Origin: Gemmatimonadota bacterium
GTDB taxonomy: Bacteria; Gemmatimonadota; Gemmatimonadetes; Longimicrobiales; Gaopeijiaceae
NCBI GenBank assembly: GCA_039589315.1
Contig: JBDHHQ010000098.1
Span: forward strand, 1-32,106
Direction of reading: 5' to 3'
Length of the DNA stretch: 32,106 nucleotides
Position numbers and translations under genes: made by a program
In this document: positions 1 to 8,639 of the stretch, piece by piece
Layout of the letters: every line of letters begins with the position of its first letter
Position numbering within the stretch: the first letter of the stretch is position 1
The notes under the pieces: model-generated
Told to the model about the DNA's origin: nothing
Databases searched by the model: none
The model's input: the letters and a program-made list of their open reading frames with translations, nothing else

Positions 1-338
1 GTCCGAAGGGTGGACGACAAGCTCTACGTCGGGCATGGGGGTGGGTATCCGGGATACACGACGAATACCACGATCCAGCTCGACTCGAAGGTGGGGGTGG
101 TCGTCCTGACGAACACGAACGACTCGTGCTCATGAACGAGGCACTGGTGATCATCAATCCGGCCTCTTCAGACCTCGACGATCCGATCCGGCTCGAACCC
201 CTCGGAGGCGGCGTCTCTCGGTACACCGCCCACACGGGAGGCGGCGTGGTGGGCGAGCGGGTCCGCTTCGTCGAAGAGAACGGCGAGGTGGTGCGGATGC
301 ACACCGGCGATTCGTTCGTCGACCGCGTGAGGGAGTGA
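1..338 (+). pseudogene. C-terminal part of a serine hydrolase (beta-lactamase family), broken by an internal deletion/frameshift near 126
   Basis: Frame 1 reads ..LYVGHGGGYPGYTTNTTIQLDSKVGVVVLTN.. (class C-like HxGG and VVVLTN motifs) and stops at 133-135. A plausible C-terminal domain continues in frame 3 (126-338). Confidence 0.65.
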
Positions 339-355
339 GGGGCGGGCCCAGAACT

Positions 356-630
356 CCGACGCAGGTGCAGTGCACGAGCATGGCCAACCTCGATCGGGTC
401 GCTCAGAACCGCCGCTTCCGGGACGCGACTGCGAACCGGGACGATAAGAGCGCGATGATCGAAGCGGCCGAGGCCGATGGTACGAGAGCCCCGGTACGGT
501 ACGGTTCGATCTGGTACCTCGCCGCCGGGCCCGATCAGGCCAGTGCCCGCATCCACACGAGTCGACGAGTGGCGTGTTTCTGATGCAGCCGGGCACGGGC
601 GGGGCGCATCTGATGATCCCGGGCCGCTAG
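356..630 (+). pseudogene. Fragmented hypothetical protein
   Basis: Frame 2 gives ..QVQCTSMANLDRVAQNRRFR..YGSIWY..ARIHT, then frame 1 from ~568 gives SGVFLMQPGTGGAHLMIPGR* (TAG 628-630). No N-terminus is visible. Confidence 0.5.
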
Positions 631-717
631 CGGACCTGGTCCCGAAGGCCAGCGTTGACGGGCACGGTGGCGATTCAAGCTCCGTAGTCGTGCGTGCGTC
701 GAGGCCGTTCCGTCCCA

Positions 718-749
718 TTCTTGACATCCCAGTACAAAACTCCTAGCTT
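718..749 (+). promoter_or_regulatory. sigma70 promoter of tetR overlapped by TetR operator 1; probably a leaderless mRNA
   Basis: TTGACA (721-726)-17 bp-TAGCTT (744-749), ATG at 756 with no SD. Operator TTCTTGACA-TCCC-AGTACAAAA at 718-739. Confidence 0.75.
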
Positions 750-755
750 CCCCCC

Positions 756-1349
756 ATGGCCAGACCCAGGGAGTTCGACGAAGCGCAAGCCCTCGACCGG
801 GCGATGGACGTGTTCTGGCGTCAAGGATACCAGGCCACGTCCACCGACGACCTCATGGAGGCCATGGGGATCGGGCGGGGGAGCTTCTACAACACGTTCG
901 GCAGCAAGCGGGCCGTATACATACGGACGTTCGACCGCTACCTGGCGCAGCTCCGGGAGAGTGACCTCTACCACCGGCTGTTCGACATGGAGCCCGGCGG
1001 AGGCGCCTTGCAGGAGGTCCTGGCCGGCTATCTGGAGAGCGTGGCGAGCGAGACGGGCACGCACGGCTGCTATTTCGTGCACGCGGCAAAGGAACACCGC
1101 GGGGCGGATCCCGAGGTGCAGGCCGCGATTCAAAAGGGCATCGCGGGCATGAAGAACGTCCTCGTCGACCACATGAAGGCCGCGCAGCGACAGGGACTCT
1201 TGCCGGCTCACGTGGATCCGGCCCGGGCCGCGCTGCTCATGGTGGCGGTGGTGTGGGGGTCGCACGTGTTGATGGAGGCGGGGGTGGCGAAGGACGACGC
1301 CATGGCGGCCGCCGGCACCCTCTTCGACATGACCCCGGAACCCGCTTGA
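756..1349 (+). CDS. TetR/AcrR family transcriptional regulator (NemR/ComR-like)
   Basis: MARPREFD..ALDRAMDVFWRQGYQATSTDDLMEAMGIGRGSFYNTFGSK helix-turn-helix; GCYFV in the C-domain. Confidence 0.95.
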   Translation: MARPREFDEAQALDRAMDVFWRQGYQATSTDDLMEAMGIGRGSFYNTFGSKRAVYIRTFDRYLAQLRESDLYHRLFDMEPGGGALQEVLAGYLESVASETGTHGCYFVHAAKEHRGADPEVQAAIQKGIAGMKNVLVDHMKAAQRQGLLPAHVDPARAALLMVAVVWGSHVLMEAGVAKDDAMAAAGTLFDMTPEPA

Positions 1350-1374
1350 CCGGTCGCTTTGTTTTTTTGCGCAG

Positions 1375-1396
1375 TTATTTACTGAAGAGTACAAAA
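1375..1396. promoter_or_regulatory. TetR operator 2, upstream of the MMPL operon
   Basis: TTATTTACT-GAAG-AGTACAAAA, an imperfect palindrome with the same right half-site as 731-739 and 5914-5922. Confidence 0.75.
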
Positions 1397-1423
1397 CCCA
1401 CGAAGTCAACGCAGGAGGTTCTC

Positions 1424-3805
1424 ATGGTTCAGGACGAACGACCATCGGGCCCCGATTTGCTGGCCCGCTTTACCCGCGGCGTGATTCGATACCGGAGGGC
1501 GGTGCTCGTGGTGGCGGTGGCGGTGGCCACGTTGGCGGGCGCCGGCGCCCGGCATCTGGGCCTGTCGACGGACTACCGCACGTTCTTCTCCGAAGACAAT
1601 CCGGACCTCGTGGCCTACGAGGAGCTGGAGGACATCTACTCCCGAAACGACAACGTCCTCTTCGTCCTGCGCGCGACCGACGGGGACGTGTTCACCGAAG
1701 CGACCCTGGAGGCCATTCGGAGCCTCACGGACGACGCCTGGCAGATTCCCAACTCCACGCGCGTCGACGCGATCACCAACTTCCAGCACACCTGGGCCGA
1801 CGGCGACGAGCTGATCGTCGAGGACCTGGTGGGTTCCGGCGACATCACCGAGTCGGACGTCGAGCGAGCCCGGTCGGTGGCCATGGCCGAACCGCTTCTG
1901 CGCGGGCGGCTGGTGGCCGACGACGGGTCCTCCGCCGGAGTCAACGTGCGCATTGCCCTGCCGGGCGAGTCCCCGTCCGAGCTCCCGGCCACCGTGGATG
2001 CGGTGCGGGCGCTGGAGCGCGAATACCGGGATCGGTATCCCCATCTGGAGATCGAATCCACCGGCGTCGCGCTCTTGAACATGGCGTTCGCGGAGGCGCC
2101 CACGAAGGACGCTCCTGTGGTCATGCCGGCCATGTTCGCCGCGTTGCTCCTGGCCGTCGTCGCCATGCTGCGCACGCCGGGCGGCACCATCGGCACGCTG
2201 GTGGTGATCCTCCTGTCGATCCTCACCGCCGTGGGGGTGGCCGGGCATCTGGGCGTGTTCCTCGACCCCACCAGCGCGGCGGCGCCCACGATCATCTTGA
2301 CGATGGCGGTGGCGGACTCGGTCCACATCATCCTGTCGTACTTCCAACTCCGTCGTGAAGGCATGGAACGGGACGACGCCATCGTCGAGGCGATGGCGCT
2401 GAACGCCCAGCCCGTGTTCCTGACGTCGCTGACGACGGCCATCGGCTTCCTGACACTGAACTTCAGCGACTCTCCGCCCTTCCGGCTGCTGGGCAACCTG
2501 ACGGCGTTCGGGGTGGGCACGGCGTGGCTCTACTCCATGACCGCGCTGCCGGCGATCCTCGCCATGACGAAGGGCGCAGTGCCCGGGTCCACCGGTGCGG
2601 GTCCGGTGCGCCGGGCCGTGGAAGGCGTGGCCCTGCTGGTGACGTCGCGGTCGCGGCAGATCCTGGTCGGGTCCGCGGCGGTGGTGATCACGCTCGTGGC
2701 ACTGGTGCCCACGTTGAGGGTCAACGACCAGTACTTCGAGTACTTCGACGACTCGCTGCCGATCCGTCCGGGCACCGAGTTCGCTATGGAGCACCTGACT
2801 GGGCCGTACGTCACCAGCTACTCGCTGGAGTCGGGCGAGGCCCAGGGGGTCTCGAACCCGGAATTCCTGAACACGGTCCACGCGTTCACCGAGTGGCTCG
2901 AGGCGCGGCCAGCCGTCGCCCACGTAAACAGCTTCAGCCACACCATGAAGCGGCTGAACATGAACATGCACGCCGACGACCCCGCCTACTTCCGCCAACC
3001 CGACAGCCGGGAGCTGGGCGCTCAGTACCTGCTGCTGTACGAGATGTCCCTGCCCTACGGCCTGGACGTCAACGACCAGATCAACGTCGACAAGAGCGGC
3101 CTCCGCCTCGACGTGACCTACGGTGACGTGGACGTGGCCACCATCGAGCGCGAGACGACGGCGGCCGAGGCGTGGCTGCACGCCCGCGGCACGCCGTCCA
3201 TGGCCGAGGCCAGGGGAACGGGACCGGCGCTCATGTTCGCCAAGATCACCCGGCGCAACATCGAGTCCATGGTGCTGGGGACGGGGGCCGGGTTCCTGAT
3301 CATCGCCGCCATCCTGATGGGCGCGCTGCGGAGCGTGCGCATGGGCGTCATCAGCCTCATCCCCAACATCGTGCCCACCCTCATGGCCTTCGGCGTGTGG
3401 GCGGTGCTGGTGGGCGAGGTGGGCTTCGCCGTTTCCGTGATCGCCGGGCTGTCCATCGGCATCATCGTCGACGACACGGTCCACTTCCTGTCCAAGTACA
3501 ACCGGGCGCGCCGCCGAATGACGGCGGAGGCAGCCGTGGAGTACGCCTTCCGGCACGTGGGTCCCGCCCTCGTCGCCACGACCCTGATCGTGGCGACCGG
3601 CTTCGCCATGCTGGGCATGAGCACCTTCCGCGTCACTGCCTACATGGGCGGCCTCACGGCTCTGACCGTGGTCTGCGCCCTCGTGGTCGACTTCCTGCTG
3701 CTGCCCGCGCTCCTCATCGCCTTCGACGGCGAGAGGTCCACCGACCGGGTCGCCGCTCCCGATCTGCTCCAGGCGCGGCATGCCGTCGCGGCCGGGGCCG
3801 ACTGA
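1424..3805 (+). CDS. MMPL/RND family transporter
   Basis: Two repeats of TM + periplasmic domain + TM bundle; AVADSVHI and GIIVDDTVHFL motifs. SD GGAGG precedes ATG 1424; the ORF-track start at 1253 overlaps tetR. Confidence 0.93.
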   Translation: MVQDERPSGPDLLARFTRGVIRYRRAVLVVAVAVATLAGAGARHLGLSTDYRTFFSEDNPDLVAYEELEDIYSRNDNVLFVLRATDGDVFTEATLEAIRSLTDDAWQIPNSTRVDAITNFQHTWADGDELIVEDLVGSGDITESDVERARSVAMAEPLLRGRLVADDGSSAGVNVRIALPGESPSELPATVDAVRALEREYRDRYPHLEIESTGVALLNMAFAEAPTKDAPVVMPAMFAALLLAVVAMLRTPGGTIGTLVVILLSILTAVGVAGHLGVFLDPTSAAAPTIILTMAVADSVHIILSYFQLRREGMERDDAIVEAMALNAQPVFLTSLTTAIGFLTLNFSDSPPFRLLGNLTAFGVGTAWLYSMTALPAILAMTKGAVPGSTGAGPVRRAVEGVALLVTSRSRQILVGSAAVVITLVALVPTLRVNDQYFEYFDDSLPIRPGTEFAMEHLTGPYVTSYSLESGEAQGVSNPEFLNTVHAFTEWLEARPAVAHVNSFSHTMKRLNMNMHADDPAYFRQPDSRELGAQYLLLYEMSLPYGLDVNDQINVDKSGLRLDVTYGDVDVATIERETTAAEAWLHARGTPSMAEARGTGPALMFAKITRRNIESMVLGTGAGFLIIAAILMGALRSVRMGVISLIPNIVPTLMAFGVWAVLVGEVGFAVSVIAGLSIGIIVDDTVHFLSKYNRARRRMTAEAAVEYAFRHVGPALVATTLIVATGFAMLGMSTFRVTAYMGGLTALTVVCALVVDFLLLPALLIAFDGERSTDRVAAPDLLQARHAVAAGAD

Positions 3806-3835
3806 TTCCGATAGAGAACCAAAGGAGATAGAGAA

Positions 3836-4669
3836 ATGAAAGCGACGACGAGCATACAGAGAGCGTCCGCAGTCGGGACGATCGCGGCGGCCTTGGCCCT
3901 GTTCGCGGCCACGGCCCTGACTCCTCAGAGCCTCACGTCCCAAAGCGCGGAAGAGCGCGGGCGGGCGGTGGCGGAAGCGGCCGATGCCAACGACCTCGGA
4001 TGGGGCGACAACCTGGCCACCATGCGCATGGTGCTCCGGAACCGGGGCGGCCAGGAGAGCACCCGGGAGCTGCGGCGGATGGCGCTGGAAACGACGGGCG
4101 AAGGGCTCGGCGACCGCAGCATCATCGTGTTCGAGGCCCCTCGGGACATCGAGGGCACGGCTCTGTTGTCCCACACCCGGATCCTGGACCCCGACGACCA
4201 GTGGCTCTACCTGCCGGCGCTCCGCCGAGTGAAGCGGGTTTCGTCGGGCAACAAGTCGGGTCCGTTCGTGGGCAGCGAGTTCGCCTACGAGGACCTGGTA
4301 TCGCAGGAAGTGGCCAAGTACGACTACCGGTGGCTCCGTGCCGAGCCGTGCGGCGACCTCGAGTGCCAGGTCGTGGAGCGCTACCCCCGGTACGAGAACT
4401 CGGGCTACACCCGACAGGTGGTCTGGTGGGACACGGCCGAGTACCGGATCCAGAGGATCGACTTCTACGACCGCAAGGACGTTCTGCTCAAGACCATGAC
4501 GTCGCACGGGTATCGGGCGTACGGCGACGGGTTCTGGCGGCCGGAGCGTATGGCCATGGAGAACCACCAGAGCGGGAAGTCCACCGAGCTCGTCTTCGAG
4601 GACTGGCAGTTCGGCACGGGCCTGGAGGACGACGACTTCACGCCGTCCCGTCTGAGGAGAGCACGATGA
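3836..4669 (+). CDS. Outer membrane lipoprotein-sorting protein (LolA-like, TP_0789 type)
   Basis: Signal peptide; PRDIEGTALL..DDQWLYLPALRRVKRVSSGNKSGPFVGSEFAYEDL family signature; SD AAGGAG. Confidence 0.9.
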   Translation: MKATTSIQRASAVGTIAAALALFAATALTPQSLTSQSAEERGRAVAEAADANDLGWGDNLATMRMVLRNRGGQESTRELRRMALETTGEGLGDRSIIVFEAPRDIEGTALLSHTRILDPDDQWLYLPALRRVKRVSSGNKSGPFVGSEFAYEDLVSQEVAKYDYRWLRAEPCGDLECQVVERYPRYENSGYTRQVVWWDTAEYRIQRIDFYDRKDVLLKTMTSHGYRAYGDGFWRPERMAMENHQSGKSTELVFEDWQFGTGLEDDDFTPSRLRRAR

Positions 4670-5868
4670 AGCCCGCGGCGGTGGTTCTGGCGCTGGCGGT
4701 GGCCATCACCCCTCCAGCCGGTGCGGCCCAAACGGTGGAGGTGGGGGGCGAGGTGAGCGCTTCGGTCCGCGGGTTCCCCCAGTCGCCACTCTTCGGCGAG
4801 CAGAGGTCGGCGCGGCTGTCCCCCTCGCTGGCGTTCGCGCCCGAGATCGAAGTCGGGTTCGGGAACGGCCGCTGGAGTCTTGCCGGCGAGGGATTCGTCC
4901 GGGTGGACGCCCACGACGCCAACCGGTCGCACGCGGACCTGCGGGAGCTCGGGCTCACGTACCTTGGCGACCGGTTCACGGGGTTCGCTGGTGTGGGCCA
5001 GGTCTTCTGGGGCGTAATGGAGGTCCACAACCTGGTGGACATCGTGAACCAGATCGACGCCGTGGAAGATCTGGACGGCGAGGACCGGCTCGGGCAGCCC
5101 ATGATCTCCGCGACCGTGGAAGGAAACTGGGGCGCCCTGGACCTCTATTACATGCCGGTCTTCAGGGAGCGCACGTTCCCCCACGCCGACGCTCGGCTGC
5201 GGGGGCCGCTGCCCGTCCACGGCCAGGCGGTCTACGGCTCCGGCGGGGGCCGCTGGAGCCCCTCGTTCGCCGCCCGGCTGTTTCGAACGGTCGGAGCCCT
5301 GGACGTGGGCCTGTCGCTGTTCCGTGGAACGTCGCGGGAACCTCGCTTCGTTCCGACGACCCTGGGCGACGGCCGCCCGGTCCTTCAGCCCGTGTACGAC
5401 GAGATCGACCAGATCGGACTGGACGCGCAGTGGACGGGCGAGAGCACCTTGCTGAAGCTGGAGGCCATGACCCGGGGCGGGCACGGCGAACGCATCTACG
5501 CCGTCTCCAGCGGGGTCGAGCACACCCTGTATCAGGTCCTGGGAAGTGACGGCGACCTGGGCCTGCTGGCCGAGCTGATGCTGGACGCACGGGACGAGGA
5601 GGCTCCGCCCACGCTGTTCGAGCACGACCTGTTCCTGGGCGGACGCTGGGCGCTCAACGACGTGTCCGACACGAGCGTTCTGGGGGGACCCGTGATCGAC
5701 CTTTCCACGGGCGAAACGCTGGTGTTCGCCGAGCTGGAGCGCCGGATCGGGTCGGACTGGCGCCTGGCCGTCGAGGCTCGGTTCTTCTCCAACGCCGATC
5801 CCGGGTCCATTGCGTACGGGATCCGGAGAGACGGCTTCTTTTCCCTCTCCCTGACCCGGTTCTTTTAA
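4666..5868 (+). CDS. Putative outer-membrane beta-barrel protein of the MMPL/LolA-like operon
   Basis: ATGA overlap with the upstream stop; signal peptide; FWGVME.HNLVDIVNQ.D motif; alternating beta pattern; C-terminal Phe. Confidence 0.85.
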   Translation: MKPAAVVLALAVAITPPAGAAQTVEVGGEVSASVRGFPQSPLFGEQRSARLSPSLAFAPEIEVGFGNGRWSLAGEGFVRVDAHDANRSHADLRELGLTYLGDRFTGFAGVGQVFWGVMEVHNLVDIVNQIDAVEDLDGEDRLGQPMISATVEGNWGALDLYYMPVFRERTFPHADARLRGPLPVHGQAVYGSGGGRWSPSFAARLFRTVGALDVGLSLFRGTSREPRFVPTTLGDGRPVLQPVYDEIDQIGLDAQWTGESTLLKLEAMTRGGHGERIYAVSSGVEHTLYQVLGSDGDLGLLAELMLDARDEEAPPTLFEHDLFLGGRWALNDVSDTSVLGGPVIDLSTGETLVFAELERRIGSDWRLAVEARFFSNADPGSIAYGIRRDGFFSLSLTRFF

Positions 5869-5892
5869 CGGAAGCCAGCCAGCCGTTTTTTT
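5867..5892 (+). terminator. Weak intrinsic terminator
   Basis: AACGG..CCGTT stem followed by a T run right after the barrel gene stop. Confidence 0.35.
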
Positions 5893-5900
5893 CGACGTAG

Positions 5901-5922
5901 TTTTGTGTTTAGCAGTACAAAA
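5901..5922. promoter_or_regulatory. TetR operator 3
   Basis: TTTTGTGTT-TAGC-AGTACAAAA immediately before SD GGAGG and ATG 5937. Confidence 0.75.
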
Positions 5923-5936
5923 TACGGAGGTTCGAA

Positions 5937-6335
5937 ATGTCAGAAGCAACGCGCGACCGCATCCTGCGGACTCTGCTGATCGCCACCGGCCTCATCTTCA
6001 TCGGCGGGATCGCCTCGCTCATGCGCCTGTGGCCCGCCGGCTTCGCCTGGACCCCGGCTCAGGGGGAATACGAGCTGATGTTCGTGGGCGTCTATGCGAC
6101 CCTGGGCATCTTCCTGCTCGCGGCGAGCCGCGCGCCCGAGCAGCACCAGAGCCTGATCCTTTTCACGGCCTGGTCCAGCCTCGTGCACGGCCTGATCATG
6201 GCCGGTCAGGCGATGGTCGATGCGAGTGAGCGGATGCACCTGGTGGGGGATGTGCCGGCTCTGGTCCTGATCGGCGCGGCGCTGCTGATCGTGGCGCCCC
6301 GGCGAGCGGTGCCGGCCGGAGGGCGCAGGGTCTAA
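5937..6335 (+). CDS. DUF6632-like small membrane protein
   Basis: About 4 TM helices; WPAGFAW, GVYATLGIFLL.A.R.P..H.SLI.FTAWSSLVHG and HLVGDVP motifs. Confidence 0.8.
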   Translation: MSEATRDRILRTLLIATGLIFIGGIASLMRLWPAGFAWTPAQGEYELMFVGVYATLGIFLLAASRAPEQHQSLILFTAWSSLVHGLIMAGQAMVDASERMHLVGDVPALVLIGAALLIVAPRRAVPAGGRRV

Positions 6336-6438
6336 TCGGCCTGGCCCGTGGCGGGCCGGAGACCGTTGTCAGCGTCTCCGGCCCGTCGGTGCCGGCCCGC
6401 GACTGGCGGACCAGCACCCGCATGGCGCCAGCGTCCCG

Positions 6439-6552
6439 TCAGCCACCTGGCGGCGGCATCTCATTCCACATGTCAACGACGTTCTTCCAGTTGCCCTCGA
6501 CGTCCTTCCGCCACACGGTCACAACCTCGCCGTGCGTCTCGATGGATGAGCT
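6439..6552 (-). pseudogene. C-terminal remnant of a DUF4440/SnoaL-like (YybH) protein
   Basis: Minus strand reads ..ETHGEVVTVWRKDVEGNWKNVVDMWNEMPPPGG*; no 5' part. Confidence 0.65.
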
Positions 6553-6701
6553 AGAACAGTATTCACCTGACACCTGACCACAAGAGAGGACGGTGGCCAG
6601 CCGTCCCCACCGGGGTTACTTGAGAAGTGCTCTAACCCACTCAAGAACCACCGGGGGAACAACATGACCGGGTCTCGGACTCGACGCCAGATCCGCGGCG
6701 C

Positions 6702-6896
6702 TCGTGGTCCATCTACGTCGAAGCGGCATCTGCGTCAGCGTGCCGACTGCTGCTGCGCGGCTGCGTCGAACCGCTTCGTGCCCTGACTCTGCTCAAACGG
6801 CTCGGGCTGGCACTCGAAGAGCCCATCCACGTAGTGATGGAGCAACGCATGTTGCGGACGATCCGGCGTCTGGCCGAATCGCGTCCTTCGGCATAG
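6702..6896 (+). pseudogene. C-terminal remnant of an SRPBCC-like protein
   Basis: SWSIYVEA..CRLLLRG..EEPIHVVMEQRMLRTIRRLAE* resembles the EPxHFxMERKML..IK..AE tail; no start codon. Confidence 0.55.
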
Positions 6897-6905
6897 GGGG
6901 GTGAG

Positions 6906-7841
6906 ATGGACGGTGGCGGGCATGTAACCCGGTCGGTCGGCGGTACTCCGATCGTCCAGCTCCGCCGTGTGGTGCCGGACGGCCACGCGCGCGTGCTGGT
7001 GAAGCTGGAGAGCCAGAACCCGACCGGAAGTATGAAGGATCGCATGGCACTTTCGGTGATCGACCGCGCGCTCGAATCGGGGAGGCTGCCACCGGGCGGA
7101 ACGGTTGTCGAGTACACCGGCGGTAGCACCGGGACGTCCCTCGCCTTCGTGTGTGCTGCGCGAGGGATCCCCATCAGGATCGTCACGTCCGACGCGTTCA
7201 GCCTGGAAAAGCGCGATCACATGCGCGCACTCGGTGCGGAGGTGATCGAGATCCCGAGTGACGAGGGTCGGATCACCAAAGAGCTGATCAGCACGATGAT
7301 GGACGAGGCCGCCGAGCTCTCCCGGTCGCCGGACGCATTCGCGGCGGACCAGTTCAACAACGCGGACGCGATCGACGGATACGCGTCACTGGGCGAGGAG
7401 ATCTGGACGCAGTCCGACGGCCGCGTGGACGCGTTCGTACAGGCCGTCGGCACGGGACACTGCGTCACGGGGGTGGCTCGTATCCTCCGAAGTCACAACC
7501 CGGCCGTTCACATCGTCGCGGTAGAGCCGGCGGAGTCACCGGTTCTTTCGGGCGGTGCCCCGGGTGCTCACCGGATCGAAGGTGTGGGACCCGGCTTCGT
7601 TCCGCCGCTCTGGAAGGACGAGAATGCGGACGAGATTCTCGCGGTGGCCACGGCCGACGCCGAGGAAATGGGTAGAAGATTGGCCAGAGAAGAGGCCCTG
7701 TTCGGAGGCACGTCCTCGGGTGCCAACGTCCTTGCCGCAATCGAGGTGGCGGGCCGGCTGGGTCCGAATGGCACCGTGGTCACGCTGATCTGCGACTCCG
7801 GCATGAAGTATCTGTCGACCAAGCTGTACGCCTCGAGCTGA
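6906..7841 (+). CDS. PLP-dependent cysteine synthase family protein
   Basis: KLESQNPTGSMKDR (PLP lysine), VGTG, HRIEGVG, GTSSGAN and DSGMKYLS motifs. Confidence 0.92.
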   Translation: MDGGGHVTRSVGGTPIVQLRRVVPDGHARVLVKLESQNPTGSMKDRMALSVIDRALESGRLPPGGTVVEYTGGSTGTSLAFVCAARGIPIRIVTSDAFSLEKRDHMRALGAEVIEIPSDEGRITKELISTMMDEAAELSRSPDAFAADQFNNADAIDGYASLGEEIWTQSDGRVDAFVQAVGTGHCVTGVARILRSHNPAVHIVAVEPAESPVLSGGAPGAHRIEGVGPGFVPPLWKDENADEILAVATADAEEMGRRLAREEALFGGTSSGANVLAAIEVAGRLGPNGTVVTLICDSGMKYLSTKLYASS

Positions 7842-7930
7842 GCCGCCCGAATCCCATGGTCCGTACAATCGCTGCGAGCCCTCGCCGGTTGACGAAGACG
7901 ATGCGCCGATCTCGTGAGGCTTGACCCAGC

Positions 7931-8293
7931 CTACCTCTTCTTCGGCTTCTTGGTGGGTTTCGGCTTGAGCGAGCTCACGTATGCGTAGCTCATGTCGAGG
8001 TACGGAGCGAGCGCTTCCGTGTCTTCCAGGAGGTCATCGGGAACCGTGACGTATTCCGGCATGTTGTGGCCGTACGACCTGAGGATCCTCGTGTCGAACT
8101 TCTCCAGAAAAGCGTCTCTCTCCGCCTTGGCCAGGCGAATACCCAGTTTTGCCTCGGTCGAGAAGACCGTGAACATGTGGCCGTTCACCGAAGTGTAGAG
8201 CAGGTTCTTCCCCTTGCGCTCGATCTCGGGATGCGTGGCGATGAGCCTGTCGTACGCCTGTTTCTGAGTCTCCGAAACTGCCTTCTTGTCCAT
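7931..8293 (-). CDS. TfoX/YjbR-like small protein
   Basis: YTSVNGHMF..LGIRL..MPEYVTVP..SYAYVSSLKPK pattern. Confidence 0.7.
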   Translation of the reverse strand: MDKKAVSETQKQAYDRLIATHPEIERKGKNLLYTSVNGHMFTVFSTEAKLGIRLAKAERDAFLEKFDTRILRSYGHNMPEYVTVPDDLLEDTEALAPYLDMSYAYVSSLKPKPTKKPKKR

Positions 8294-8402
8294 TGTGCCC
8301 CCCGCGCGTCGATTCAGGTTTACGGGTGCTCGGGTCGGTGCAACGGTTCACCCGAGCTCTGGGCGGGCTCGTTACAGTCGTTGCCCGAGCCAGGCTCGAT
8401 TG

Positions 8403-8549
8403 TCAAGCCGGCGGCTCGAGACGCTCCTTGCGGCGGGCCACGATGGCCAAGCGCACGCCCTCCCGACCGAGCTCGAGGGCGATGCCGTGGCCGATGCCGG
8501 AGCTGGCCCCGGTCACGATTCCGGTACGTCCTGTCAGTCCAAGATCCAT
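8403..8549 (-). pseudogene. N-terminal remnant of an SDR family oxidoreductase
   Basis: MDLGLTGRTGIVTGASSGIGHGIALELGREGVRLAIVARR (TGxxxGxG Rossmann motif), truncated after 48 aa. Confidence 0.8.
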
Positions 8550-8639
8550 CGGCGTCGTGAAGGGTGGTTCGAGGGTTACAGGAGTGATCTCAACAACCGG
8601 GACGGGTAACCCGGTGATCCTTGGGCGCCCACCGGGTTC

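Noticed and set aside
1406..5949. Very long minus-strand ORFs (1053 aa and 494 aa) and similar shadow ORFs across the window
   Set aside because: They are antisense or alternate-frame shadows of GC-rich genes with clear family motifs on the other strand.
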